Below are positions 47,550 through 60,444 of a stretch of DNA of 64,000 nucleotides, piece by piece. Position numbers and translations under genes: made by a program. The DNA lies in contig NC_059425.1 of assembly GCF_021028975.2 (NCBI RefSeq), forward strand, positions 16,182,001 to 16,246,000, in the 5' to 3' direction. Each line of letters begins with the position of its first letter. Positions within the stretch are counted from its first letter, which is position 1. Under the pieces are notes generated by a model. The model did not search any database, was not told the DNA's origin, and worked only from the letters and a program-made list of their open reading frames with translations. The DNA comes from Sphaerodactylus townsendi. Lineage: Eukaryota.

Positions 47550-48735
47550 CTAGCAGGATGCCCATGCTTCGCTACATGGTTTGTAATATGTTTGTAATCT
47601 GTTTTGATTGTATTTGGCTGTAGCGGTCTGGTTAACGTGAGGGTTGGTCGAGGAGTACTTTTTCGCAGCCTGTCTGTTAGCCTTGGGGTGACATTCAGCA
47701 TACTTCCTCTCAGCCTGTCTGTGAATTTTGGGGTGACAGTCCGCATACTTCATCACAGCCTCTCTATGAATTTCGGGGTGACATTCAGCATTCAGTAGAC
47801 CTGTCCATGCATTTTGAATGTTGGCATGAAATTGCTCTCTTTCACCTGGTGGGCTCCAAAAGACATCATGTGGAAGCAGCCGTTGTATTTTCGGGATGCA
47901 GAAAGGAAGTGTTCGGCAATTGGATGCTGATGAGTGAGAAGGCTGTGAAGAGGTTCAGGGTAGGGTTGAAGGGCAGGGAGCTGGACTGTACCGCCACTGC
48001 AGCACATTCCTGGGGACTCATCTCGCCACTTCAGAGCACGACACAAAGCACAGGGTGATTGGAGGCCGAGAGCAATAAACTTGTCTCCACAATAAGCAAT
48101 CTGATGTCCATATGCAAAACCCGACAAATGTTTAGTAGTCCAAGGTGATAGTGTGGTTTGTAATCTGTTTTGATAGTATTTGGCTGTAGTGGTGTTGTTA
48201 ACGTGAGGGTGGGTGGAGGAGTACTTTTTCACAGCCAGTCTGACATTCAGCATACTTTTTTGCAGCCTGTTTGTGAATTTTGGGGTGACATGCAGCATAT
48301 TTCCTCACAGCCTGTCTGTGGACTGATGGGTTTGTTTTCAAATAGGTTCACATGCGTTGTGGAGGGCGGTGGTAGAGTGCAGTTGGTGAAGGACATGAAG
48401 CTGGCTGTGTTTAACTGTCACCCTTAGAATGTTCGTGCAGCATGTCTGTGGACTGAGGGATTGGTTTGCCCTTAGAATGTTCGCGCGGATGGCCAGAGAT
48501 GAGCAATTAAAACAGTAAATAGGTAATAAATCGAGTGGAAGTGAATATTTTGGGAAATCCTTTCTTAGTGAGCACCTGGAATACGTAAGGAACAGATGTG
48601 CCAAATTTCATGTGTGTGGCTTCAGTGGTTTTTGAGTTCTGTTGATGAGTGAGTGAGTGAGTGAGTGAGTGAGTGAGTGAGTGAGTGAGTGAGTGAGTGA
48701 GTGAGTGAGTGGTATTTCGCGTTCATATATATAGA
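47550..48735 (-). mobile_element. Helitron deletion derivative retaining an N-terminal Rep/Hel zinc-finger fragment
   Basis: Minus-strand A|TCTATATA..CTAG|T ends. ORF 47792-48298 reads CALCRALKWRDESPGMCCSGG..RKYNGCFHMMSFG..FMPTFKMHGQVY. Empty site visible in the paralog near 59330-59345. (GAGT)n at 48647-48710. Confidence 0.9.
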
Positions 48736-49929
48736 TTTGGCAGCAGTATTCTCCAGCGTTGGTCTATTAAAATATGACTTTCAGTCTAAAGCTGATGATG
48801 ATACAAATAAGTAAGGGGTGAGTTCAGTACTTTGAACTCTCACCAGCAAACCAGTCTGAAATCTTGTAGAGACTTTTATTGAGAAAAGATAGTGTTCTCT
48901 TTATTATGCAAGACAGTGAGAAAAACAAACATGTGAAAATTAACCCTACAATTTACAATTTATGTAAAAGGAATGCTACAATGATCAAGCTTCCTAGCAT
49001 TGTTTAATCATCAACTAGTGAATAACAGTTTGTAGTCATCGTGCTGGAGGAGTTAAGAGCTGAGGACTCTAATCTGTAGAACTGGGTTTGATTGCTCACT
49101 CCTCCATATGAAGCCTGCAGAATGACCTTGGGCCAGTCACAGTTCTCTCAGAACTCTCTCAGCCCCACCTACCTCACAAGGGGTCTGTTACGGGAAGGGG
49201 AAGGGAAAGAGTTTGTCAGCTGCTTTGTGACTCCTTAAAGATAGAGAAAAGCAGGGTATAAAAACCAACTCGTCTTCCTCTTTAAAAAGCAAACCAGCTT
49301 TCAGCCTGTAGTTTAGGCATTATCAAAAGGCCCAAGTTACATAACCAGAAACTTCACCTCATCTTCTGAGACTTGAGAGAAATCTGATTTGGTTATGACA
49401 TCACTGTGTATTTATAGAAAAATATATCAGTCTTATTTTCTTCAACATCTGTTCTGTCACAATCACATGATTACTATCTAGAAAAGTGACTGGTTCTTCG
49501 CCAACTATGAAATGATCCACAAGGGCAAAATTAACATGTGTATAAGAGTTACATCTGATATAGCAAGATAAGAAGGCCAATCTCAACTTTGAAGCTCCAT
49601 TAGAAAGCAATTAATCTAATGTTTCTGTAACCCCTGCAATAAAAATGTCCAAGATGAAAGTAACTTAGAGCAAACAGAGCTCACTGACAGTCTTGTTTTA
49701 AAAAGAATGCTTGAATACTCTCCATTACTTTTCAAACACAGCAGGAAAAGGTTAGCGATGTAATAGGTATTGCTTCAGTCCTACAGTGGCTACTATATGG
49801 ACTACAGTTAATACGTTGTTAACCCAGATTAGTGGAGCAGAATCTGTGTATTGAATTACCATGCAGAAATGTTCGGTTAACTTGCTCTCCCCTCCCCACC
49901 TTCATAGCCCAGTGAATTATTTGCCACCC

Positions 49930-50561
49930 CTACCCAGCTCTGTGGGCTGACAGTAGGGCAGGCTTAACAAGGGCATAGCCTCTAATGCTGTAACTCAGTG
50001 ATCTCCAGTTAATCAGGTAGCCAGGAAGAAGGTAGTTGTGAAAGGCAAGGACCACCTCGTCGGGGCACAGAACACGGCCCCACATGTACACGTCTGTGAC
50101 CTTCCCTACAAAGGATTGGTTGATGTCAAAGCCCCCTCCAACGTTATCCTGGTCTTGCCCGATAACCACGGATCCTTCAGCACTGACGGAGTGACCTTTC
50201 TGCAAGCTCTTCCGGACCAAGGGCCTCCCGTTCACCCAGAGCTCAGCTAAACCTGTGGCAGACTCCCAACTTACGCAAACGTGCTCCCCAATCGAGTTGC
50301 TGGTTAGTATGTCTGGAACCTTGAACTCTACATGGGTAAGCCCCTCTATATTAAGCTGGTAACCATTATTGCTTTTGTAGAGGGCGATCTCATTGTCAGT
50401 CCTCTTGCTTGCGTAAGAGAAAAGGGTTTGGAAGCCCTTTATTTCTGTGAGGTATCTTAAGCACAGGGTGAAGCTCGTCAGGGGCTGCTGGGTCGTGATA
50501 TTCAAGCGTGCATGAGCTGTGTTTGATGCCTCCGGGAAGACCAACGCCTTCCTTTCCAGAT
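49930..50561 (-). CDS. PTX-E exon 2, short pentraxin domain; spliced product 233 aa
   Basis: Acceptor ctcctcag|AT, HVCVSWES, DNE, GQDQDNVGGGFDINQSFVG. Intact ORF. Confidence 0.95.
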
Positions 50562-50998
50562 CTGAGGAGGGAAAAAGAATCAGGGTTGGGCAAAACTTTC
50601 ATTCTGCAATGGAGGTTATGTCCCAGAGTGTCTGTTGAGAAAAACATCTGCTTGTTGATTAAGAGTATATCTGAATTTGGAAGGCAAATGAATAAATGAT
50701 TCCCTTTCCCCCCCAACAAGAGAGAGATTCTCTTCCAACCCACCTGTTGCCTAAGTGGCCACATTCTTGAGCCACTAGCCCAACTTAGCCTGGCCCCCAG
50801 TCGCAGAGTCCACCAAAGCAGTCATTTCACAGCACAGAGCACATGCTGTTGAGTGGAGGAGAAGAATTAAATGCAACCATAAAATGGAGGTGGGTGGGTC
50901 AAAGAGTGCTCAATTCTGCAAGGCAAACATCTCCAAACAGAAACTGTTGGTATTTTTTCAAGAGTTTGTCACACTTCAATCATGAAAGGGTTAACTGT

Positions 50999-52550
50999 CT
51001 TCCCTGAAGACTAAAAGATGGCCAATGTCACACCAATCTTTAAGAAAGGATCTAGGGGGGACCCAGGAAATTACAGGCCAGTCAGTTTGACATCTGTTCC
51101 TGGTAAATTAGTAGAATCTATCATTAAAGATAAAATTATTAAACATGTAGAAAAGCAAGACCTGCTGAGGAAGAGTCAGCATGGCTTTTGCAGAGGCAAG
51201 TCCTGTCTTACAAACTTACTAGAGTTCTTTGAGGGTGTAAACAGGCATGTGGATAAGGGGGAACCAGTGGACATTGTCTACTTGGATTTCCAAAAGGCTT
51301 TTGACAAAGTTCCTCACCAGAGACTATTGAGAAAACTCAGCAATGAAGGAATAAGAGGGGAAGTCCTCCTATGGATTAAAAACTGGTTGAGAAACAGGAA
51401 GCAAAGAGTGGGTGTAAATGGGAAATTTTCACAATGGAGAGATTTAGGGAGTGGTGTCCCCCAAGAATCCGTTTTGGGACCAGTGCTCTTTAACCTTTTC
51501 ATAAATGACCTGGAAGTAGGGGTGGGTAGCATGGTGGCCAAGTTTGCAGATGATACCAAATTATGTAGGGTGATGAGAACCGCAAAGGATTGCGAAGAGC
51601 TCCAAGCGGACATTGATAAATTAGGTGAGTGGGCTAAGAAATGGCAAATGCAGTTCAATGTAGCAAAATGTAAAGTGATGCACATAGGGGCAAAAAATCC
51701 AAATTTCACATACAAGCCACAGGGGTCAGTGCTATCAGTCACAGACCAGGAAAGGGATTTAGGCGTCTTAGTTGATAGTTCCATGGGAATGTCAACTCAA
51801 TGCATGGCAGCTGTGAAAAAGGCAAACTCTATGCTGGGGATAATTAGGAAAGGATAATAAAACTGCAAAGATTGTCATGCCCTTATATAAAGCAGTGGTG
51901 CGACCGCACTTGGAGTACTGTGTCCAGTTCTGGTCGCCACATCTCAAAAAGGATATGGAAGAGATGGAAAAAGTGCCGAGAAGGGCAACGAGAATGATTG
52001 AGGGATTGGAGCACCTTCCTTATGAAGAGAGACTGCAGCGTTTAGGGTTCTTTAGTTTGGAGAGGAGACGTCTGAGGGGGGATATGACTGAAGTTATAAA
52101 ATTGTGCATGGGGTAGATAATGTTGACAGAGAGAAATTTTTTTCTCTTTCTCACAATACTAGAACCAGGGGACATACATTGAAAATGCTGGGGGGAAGAA
52201 TAAGGACTAATAAAAGGAAACACTTCTTCATGCAATGTGTGATTGGTGTTTGGAATATGCCGCCACAGGAGGTGGTGATGGCCACTAACCTGGATAGCTT
52301 TAAAAAGGGCTTGGACAGATTTATGGAGAAGTCGATCTATGGCTACCAATCTTGATCCTCCTTGATCTCAGATTGCAAATGCCTTAGCAGACCAGGTGCT
52401 CAGGAGCAACAGCCGCAGAAGGCCATTGCTTTCACATTCTGCATGTGAGGTCCCAAAGGCACCTGGTGGGCCACTGCGAGTAGCAGAGAGCTGGACTAGA
52501 TGGACTCTGGTCTGATCCAGCTGGCTTGTTCTTATGTTCTTATGTTCTTA
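50999..52550 (+). mobile_element. CR1 LINE (RT domain to 3' end)
   Basis: ANVTPIFKKG..NYRPVSLTS, YLDFQKAFDKVPH, FADDTKL. Small frameshifting deletions, (TTCTTATG)n tail, apparent TSD ttaactgt. Confidence 0.95.
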
Positions 52551-52661
52551 ACTGTGTGCATCTTAAGTAGTTACTGAGATCCCAGTTTTATGGCCAATCT
52601 ATCGATTAACAATCGATAGATTGTTTGAGCCCTGTTGGGAAAGGGCGGTATATCAAATTTA

Positions 52662-52720
<59 letters not shown>

Positions 52721-52734
52721 CAACAACAACAACA

Positions 52735-53002
52735 AGGACCTACAAATTGAAGTTGAACGATTGTGGCAGAAAAGAACAACAGTAATCCCACTAGTAGTCG
52801 GTGCTCTAGGAGGAATCCCAAGAAATCTTGAAAAACATCTGGAAAGCCTAAACTTGGACAGAACATCAGTCCACATGCTGCAGAAAGCAGCACTTCTAGG
52901 AACTGCACACATTCTACGCAAATACCTCTAATATCCTAGGTCCTTGGGAAGGACTCGATATTCAGAGATGAATTCCAGACACTTGTGCTGTGTTGTTATG
53001 TG

Positions 53003-53003
<1 letters not shown>
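52735..53003 (+). mobile_element. R4/Dong LINE 3' fragment inside (TAA)n
   Basis: KDLQIEVERLWQK..VIPLVVGALGGIP..LQKAALLGTAHILRKYL*, flanked by (TAA)n(CAA)n at 52665-52734 and (TAA)n at 53004-53092. Confidence 0.88.
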
Positions 53004-53093
<90 letters not shown>

Positions 53094-53113
53094 GATCAGG
53101 TAGTTAGACATTG

Positions 53114-53458
53114 TATTGTCTAACACAAACACAGGATGACTATAGACAGTAAACAATCAAAGGGAACAAAGGCCAGGCTACTTCTATTCAGATGCCCTCA
53201 CCTATTGACCTTGCTATCTTCATTGTTACTCACATGCTAATGAGTGAATCCTACTCAACACATGTGAATGTAGGTTGCTAATTGCACCCTTTACTTGTTA
53301 ACAGAAAATGGTTCTTTCCCCCACCCTGGACACTCCAACATTCCACTTGCTTTCCTACTATCAGATCCTCTGAAGCTGCCAGCCACAGATGCAGGCGAAA
53401 CGTCAGGAGAGAATGCTGCTAGAACACGGCCATACAGCCCGGAAACCACACAGCACCC
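53114..53458 (+). mobile_element. Penelope-like fragment with pseudo-LTR and hammerhead motif (53366-53408)
   Basis: Homologous to 32770-33090, with a 13-bp flanking duplication tagttagacattg (53101-53113, 53459-53471). Confidence 0.82.
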
Positions 53459-53901
53459 TAGTTAGACATTGCTTCCATATTAGTGGTTATGCAGTCAGAG
53501 GTTATAAAGTTAACTCTGTCTTCTTTGTTTAAGCTCAAGAGGTAGCAATATGTAACCAAGGGTAGTGCTATAGAAAGGTGTTGTTGTTTTTCCTCTATGT
53601 AACCCCCATGCTAATAGTTAGTAAACTCATTTATACTAAAGCAACTGAGAATCTGTCTTTTCTGTTACTTTGCTAATTTTTCCCTACAGAAATTCCAAAC
53701 TGCTTAATTTTTTTAAAGGGAAAATGCTTTGGGTTTTAGAAGTTGAGTGGGCGGTTGAGGGTTTTCCAGTATGTGAAGCCCTGGCTAAGGTTTCGTTGCA
53801 TCTGTGGGTGGCATTTGTAGAGGCACGTCAGGGTAAGATGTGCTTCTCTCTGTGCCATGGGGTGTCTGTTTTCTCCACCTCACACATGGGTGAAGAGTGA
53901 G

Positions 53902-54816
53902 GTAAACTATGTAGGGTGGTGAATACCACAAAGGATTGCGAAGAGCTCCAAGCGGACCTTGATAAATTAGGTGAGTGGGCTCAGAAATGGCAAATGCAGT
54001 TCAATGTAGCAAAATGTAAAGTGATGCACATAGGGGCAAAAAATCCAAACTTCACATACACGCTACAGGGGTCAGTGCTATCAGTCACAGACCAGGATAA
54101 ACTCTATGCTGGGGATAATTAGGAAAGGAATTGATAATAAAACTGCAAAGATTGTCATGCCCTTATATACAGCAGTGGTGCGACCGCACTTGGAGTACTG
54201 TGTTCAGTTCTGGTCGCCACATCTCAAAAAGGATATCGAAGAGATAGAAAAAGTGCAGAGAAGTGCAACGAGGATGATTGAAGGATTGGAGCACCTTCCT
54301 TATGAGGAGAGACTGCAGCGTTTGGGACTCTTTAGTTTGGAGAGGAGACGGCTGAGCGGGGATATGACTGAAGTCTATAAAATTATGCATGGGGTAGAAA
54401 ATGTTGACAGAGAGAATTTTCTCTCTCTTTCTCACAATACTAGAACCAGGGGGCATTCATTGAAAATGCTGGGGGGGAGAATTAGGACTAATAAAAGGAA
54501 ACACTTCTTCACGCAACGTGTGATTGGTGTTTGGAATATGCTGCCACAGGAGGTGTTGATGGCCACTAACCTGGATAGCTTTAAAAGGGGCTTGGACAGA
54601 TTTATGGAGGAGAAGTCGATCTATGGCTACCAATCTTGATCCTCCTTGATCTCAGATTGCAAATGCCTTAGCAGACCAGGTGCTCGCAGAAGGCCATTGC
54701 TTTCACCTCCTGCCTGTGAGCTCCCAAAGGCACCTGGTGGGCCACTGTGAGTAGCAGAGTGCTGGACTAGATGGATTCTGGTCTGATCCAGCAGGCTAAT
54801 TCTTATGTTCTTATGT
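53902..54816 (+). mobile_element. CR1 LINE 3' portion with an internal deletion
   Basis: ELQADLDKL..RPHLEYCVQFWSP..YGYQS*, 3' UTR and tail. Confidence 0.93.
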
Positions 54817-55083
54817 TAAACAAAACAGATATCCACCACACAATCACTCCACACCTTGCCACAGAGGGAAGCACTTGTCATGAGACGTGCCTCTGAAGAT
54901 GCCACCCACAGATGCAGGCATAACGTTAGGGGCAAAAACTACCAGACTAACTGTATTAGTCCATAGTAGATCTCTTGTACACTCGTTCCCTTAAAATCTT
55001 ATTGGTCTCTAAGCTGCTGCTGGAGTCAAATCTAGATGCTTCAGCTGATGCATGTTGAGGTTTTTGTCCCACTGTGATGACAC

Positions 55084-55271
55084 CAGAGGTGGGATCCAAC
55101 CAGTTCTCACCACTTCTCTAGAAGTGGTTACTAATTTTTTCTGCCGAGAAGGGGTTACTAAAGCAACCTCCCTGCCCAATAGGGACTGGAGGTGCGTGTG
55201 TGCGGCGGCGCCACTGTTTGAATCCCACCACCATCGGAACCCGTTATTGAAATTTTTGGATCCCACCACTG
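55084..55271. mobile_element. hAT MITE 12 bp inside the PTX-E splice donor
   Basis: TIRs cagaggtgggatcca / tggatcccaccactg and perfect TSD GATGACAC. Confidence 0.9.
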
Positions 55272-55283
55272 GATGACACCCAC

Positions 55284-55353
55284 CTTCCAGAGCGAGAGAG
55301 CCCACGAGGCTGAGGAGGAGGAGGAGGAGGAGAGAGAGGAGCATCTTCCGCAT
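55284..55353 (-). CDS. PTX-E exon 1, signal peptide MRKMLLSLLLLLLLSLVGSLALE (two extra Leu)
   Basis: 70-bp phase-1 exon, (CTC)n expansion, donor G|gtgggt. Confidence 0.92.
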
Positions 55354-55890
55354 GATGGCCAGTCCCAGAGGGATCCAAGTAGAGATGGAGCAGCGCCCAA
55401 GAAGCGAGTATTGCTCAACGTCTTGTCCCCTTCACAGGCCGATTCTGAAGTGGGAGCTGAAGAGCCCTTCCAAAATATACCCGTGAACTGAGCAGGGTGA
55501 GGCAGGATGTTTATTCAGTAAGGTCCGTTTTAAAGATTACCCCAGACTGGATGTCGCCTGGAGAGCAGCTGGAATCTCGTCTTTGGTTGGTACAATTTCT
55601 TTGACAAATTCAGAGTCGCAGGGGACATAAGAAATGGCAATAGAACTTGGACAGAGTATCCCCGATGGACAGTCTTCACAGCGGCACCATTTATTTCTCA
55701 GCAAACTCCAAAAAGGGAAGCCCAAAGGGTGTCATGTTGAATTATTTGCTGATCAATCAACTCCAGTCGGCTATTAGAAGACAACAATAACTTGGGAAGG
55801 CGCGTCCTGCTGAAGCAGACCACGGGCCTTTTCCACACAAATTTCCTAAAACTTTTGTAAAATATTTGTAAAATGTTTTCAATCCTCCCT

Positions 55891-56366
55891 TGTAGTCATG
55901 CCCGCGTTGCCCCAAGGAAGAGACGAGACGTGGAGATATCATCTGGTGGAGAGCGCCAGCAGCAGGAAGCGCAGGATTCCGTGATCCTAGCGACTCTGCC
56001 TTGCGCCAGTCTCCCGCATCTTTTATTAGGGTTTCATAAGGGGCGTGTAGAGGGGACGGACAGGCGGGAGAGCGGGAGGTTGGGAGAGCGGGAGAACTGG
56101 AGATCATCATGTGATGCATGATCTCATCAGTCTGCTACGTGCAGGAGGAAGCATCCGCGTCTGGGTCTAATCCTCACCTGAGGGCAAGAGCCCTTTTGTC
56201 CCTTTGTCTGGGGACACCTGGTGACTGTGAGTAAGGCATCTCATGACCTGTGACTCACGGGGGAACGGGGGTTGGGGGAGCGTGTGCGCCCAGAAGGCCG
56301 TAGCCGGCACCGGCATTCCAAGCGCGCTATCTACGGTTCTGCTGGGTTCGCGGGCCCATCCCTACA
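55891..56366 (-). mobile_element. Young solo LTR upstream of PTX-E
   Basis: Perfect TGTAG..CTACA termini, 6-bp TSD CTCCCT (55885-55890, 56367-56372), CpG-rich, AATAAA on the minus strand at 56022-56027. Orientation is inferred from that motif. Confidence 0.85.
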
Positions 56367-59300
56367 CTCCCTTTCAATCAGAGAGCAGCAGTGGCGTACT
56401 GGTTAAGAGCAGGTGTGCCCCCTGGTTTGATTCCCCACTGTGCCGCTTGAGTTGAGGAGGCTTAATTGGTGAACTAGATTAGCTTGTGCACTCCAACACA
56501 CACCAGCTGGGTGACCTTGGGCTAGTCACAGTTCGTGTTCTGTTGTCATGCTGAGCTGTCAGGAGGGTCTGAGCCTACCTTGCAAGGATGGCGGAGAGGG
56601 GTGGTGCTCATAGTCTCTCATTTGAAAACAATCCCAGTTATATTGGCAATAATGCTTCCAAAAAGGAAAATACAAGAAACCCTAATTGCTGTTTAGTCAG
56701 CTTAACCATAACTTGGCCACGACACTCCTCCAAATAGTCCTTGGCTGTAATGCTAAACTCACTGCTCCTCTGGTGAAAATCCACATCAAAGTTGAGTCCT
56801 CAATGACATCCTTTAAAAGGAATCTCTCCTGGGTTGCTGAAAAATAACCTTGAAGCTTTATATAATCGTAATGTGGTTGTTATGTAGCCAGAAGTAGGCG
56901 TGGCTTAGTCAACAATAGGTACTTAAGGGGCTAGTAATGTTAGGTTCTGGACCAGGCCTCTATAAGCGGTTTTGGAATTGGAAGTCTTCATTGGGTTGGC
57001 CACAGGCACTCAGCTTCAGAAAGCCAGATCGCAAGATCCTGGCTTGTACAGTAACCTTTATCCCTTACCAATTCCTCCAACTCCCCCCTCCCTCCAGTAC
57101 AGGGAATGTGGGAACAACGAGGTGTGAAAGACTTTGTTTTGGAAAGCAAGTGTCCTGATGAGCTGACCCCACCCTCAGCCTTCTAGAGCAGGGGTCTGCA
57201 ACTTGCAGCTCTCCAGATGTTCATGGATTACAATTCCCATCAGCCGCTGCCAGCATGGCCAAGCCATGAACATCTGGAGAGCTGCGGGTTGCAGACCCCT
57301 GCTCTAGACCTCCCTCCTCCCATCTGGAGTCCAATAGGGGTGCTTTACTTATCTACATTTCTAAGTCCATTGATACAGAACAAAAGATCCATTAATATAA
57401 GATAGGTGATTACATAGAAGGTCAGCATTCGCACTCTTGCCAGCCAAACCGATTTCCCCCTAGCCCAGATGTGCCTCTTGGCGCCTCTTGGTCTGAGCTC
57501 AGGAGGAGGCAGGTGCCACTCCTGACAAACAGTAGGATCAGCTTAGGACAATATGGAAGCTAGGAAATGGAACGGAAGCAGTTCTGTCGGAGGTCAGTAC
57601 ACGTGTCTTCTCCTTAGAACTGCTGTTCTTCTTATTATAGTCCTTAACTTGGTTGACATTGTTGTAAAGTGTAAACAGCAAGCCATATGCTCCTTGAAAG
57701 TATTTACTGAGTTAAGAGATAGGTCAAAATTCTTGGCAGAGTTACAGCTACTTTTGGCTACAGTTGTCTCAGCACACGTACAGTGCAATATTGTTTTTCT
57801 CCGTGGTTACCCTGCCCTTTTAGCTAACACACCTTTATACTGAGCAACACACTAGTATCTGGGTCTTTATTGGTATCATAAAATCATAGAGTTGGAAGAG
57901 ACCACAAGGGCCATCAAGTCCAACCCCCTGCAATGCAGGAACATATAATCAGTATCTGTTAAACTCTGTTAATAATGTATGTCCACCAACAGGGGGGATA
58001 GCTTCAGCTGAAGGTTGGATTGGAAACCAGCATTCAATTAAAGCTCTGCCATCCCCACTGCCATTTCCCAAGGCAAGTATGATGTAGTGGTTAAGAGCAG
58101 TGGACTGTAATCTGGAGAACCGAGTTTGACTCTCCACTCCTCCACATGAGCGGTAGATTCTTCTCTGGTGAATTGGATTTGTTTCCCTGCCCATGAAGCC
58201 TGCTGGGTGACTTTCTGGTATTGTGACCTTGGGCTAGTCCCAGTTCTCTCAGAACTCTCTCAGCCCCACCTACCTCACAAGGTGTCTGTTGGGGGAGAGG
58301 AAGGGAAAGGAGTTTGCAAGCCACTTTGATCCTCCAGCAATCTGATTGGCTGCTAGGTGTTGCCCAAGCTCTAATTGGATGTATCCATTGCTCCCTGTCT
58401 CTTTCACTTCCATTGGTCGGCGCCCTTTGCTTTTCCCAGCTGTGCAATAGTTCCGGCCTCAGATGAGAGAAGACTTCTGATTGGTGGTGAGTTTCTACAG
58501 TAGACCTGACTGGTCCAACCAATACCTTGCCCTCCTTTTTCTCCAGTACAGTGCAGCACTAACAATACAAAGAATTCCCCATCCCCTATTCTTCTTTAAA
58601 ATAATATATATATTTTAAAATATTATGTTAATAAATATGAGCATCTTTCCTGTCCCCACACAAGTGCCCCATTGTAGCTACCCTTGTGTGCAATGGATAC
58701 ATTCAATTAGAGCTTGGGGAACACTTAGCAGCCAATCAGATTGCTGGAAAAATGTCAGGGCTGCGAAGATTCCTGCCTGTGTGTTGTCGAATCTACACAT
58801 GTGTGAGATTTTTTAAAAAGAAACATTGATTCCCAACTCCTCCACCTGAGTGGCAGAGGCTTATCTGGTGAACCAGATGTGTTTCCTCACTCCTGCATTC
58901 CTGCAGCGTGACCTTGGGCTAGCCACAGTTCTCTCAGAACATTCTCAGCCCCACCTACCTCACAAGGTGTCTGTTGTGGGGAGAGGAAAGGAAAGGAGTT
59001 TGTAAGCCACCTTGAGTCTTCTCTCAAGAGAGAAAAGTAGGGTATAAATCCAAACTGTTCTCTTCTTCTTCTACAGTGGGACTATGACATCTTGTGATTT
59101 GGTTGTTCTACCTCTGTTTATAAAACTGGCCTCCTGTGGCTTCACCTGGGGTTTCATTAGAAGACTGCTCTACCTGTGTGAGATGTGCTGAGCATTGGTT
59201 GGCTGCTATGGTCCATATGCAGCCACAGCACCCCGCTCTGTGATTGGTGGGCATTGGCGTAATGAGAGATTCCACTCCCGCATCCAATCAGAGAATCCAG

Positions 59301-60444
59301 ACTAAACAATTCCCAAAGGTTCTCCTTATACAAACTGTTTGGCAGCAGAATTCTCCAGCGTCCATCTATTAAAAGATGATTTTCAGTCTAAATCTGATAA
59401 TACAAATAAGTAAGGGGTGAGTTCAGTTCTTTGCACTCTAACCAGCAAACCAATTTGAACTCTTGTAGAGACTTTTATTGAGTAAAGATATTGTTCTCTT
59501 TATTATGCAAGACAGTGAGAAATACAAACATGTGAAAATTAACCCTACAATTACTGGAAAAATAAGTGCTAAAATGATCAAGCTTCCTAGCATTGCTTAA
59601 TCATTAAAATGAGTAACAGTTTAGAGCCAGCATGTTGTAGTGGTTAAGAACCCCGGTTGTAATCTGGAGAACCAGGTTTGTTTTCCCACTCCTACACATG
59701 AAGTCTGCTGGCTGACTTAAAGCTAGACATTGATTCCCCACTCCTCCACCTGAGTGGCAGAGGCTTATCTGGTGAACCAGATGTGTTTACGCACTCCTGC
59801 ATTCCTGCAGCGTGACCTTGGGCAAGCCACAGTTCTCTCAGAACTTTCTCAGCCCCACCTACCTCACAAGGTAGGTCCGTTGAAGGGAGAGGAAGGGAAG
59901 GAGTTTGTAGGCTGCTTTGAGATCCCTTAAAGGCTGAAAAAGTGGGGTATAAAAACCAACTCTTGTTCTTTAAAAAGCAAACCAGCTTTCAGCCTGTAGT
60001 TTAGGAAGGATCAAAAACCCCAAGTTACACACCCAGAAATCTCACCCCAAAACCTCACCTCATCTTCTGAGACTTCCATCAAGAGAAATCTGATTTGCTT
60101 ATGGGGTCAGTGTGTATTTATAGAAAAAATATATCAGTCTTATTTTTTTCAACATCTATTCTGTCACAATCACATGTTTACTATCTAGTTAAGTGACTGG
60201 CTCTTCACCAACTATGAAATGATCAACAAGTGCAGAATGAGCCAATTAGCAAGGGTATAAGAGTTATAGCTGATGTAACAAAATAAGAAGGCCAATCTCA
60301 ACTTTGAAGCTCCATTAAAAAGCAATTAATCTAATTTTTCTGTAATCCCTGCAATTAACTGTCCAAGATGAAAGTAACTTAGAGCAAACAGAGTTCACTG
60401 ACAGTTGTGTTTTAAAAAGAATGCTTGAATACTCTCCATTACCT

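Larger units (their letters stand above)
50945..53688 (+). mobile_element. Solo LTR in the PTX-E intron, fragmented by nested insertions
   Basis: TGTTGG..CCTACA termini with 5-bp TSD GAAAC/GAAAT. The paralogous introns read acagaaactccaaactgc without it. ttataaa near 53501. Confidence 0.7.
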
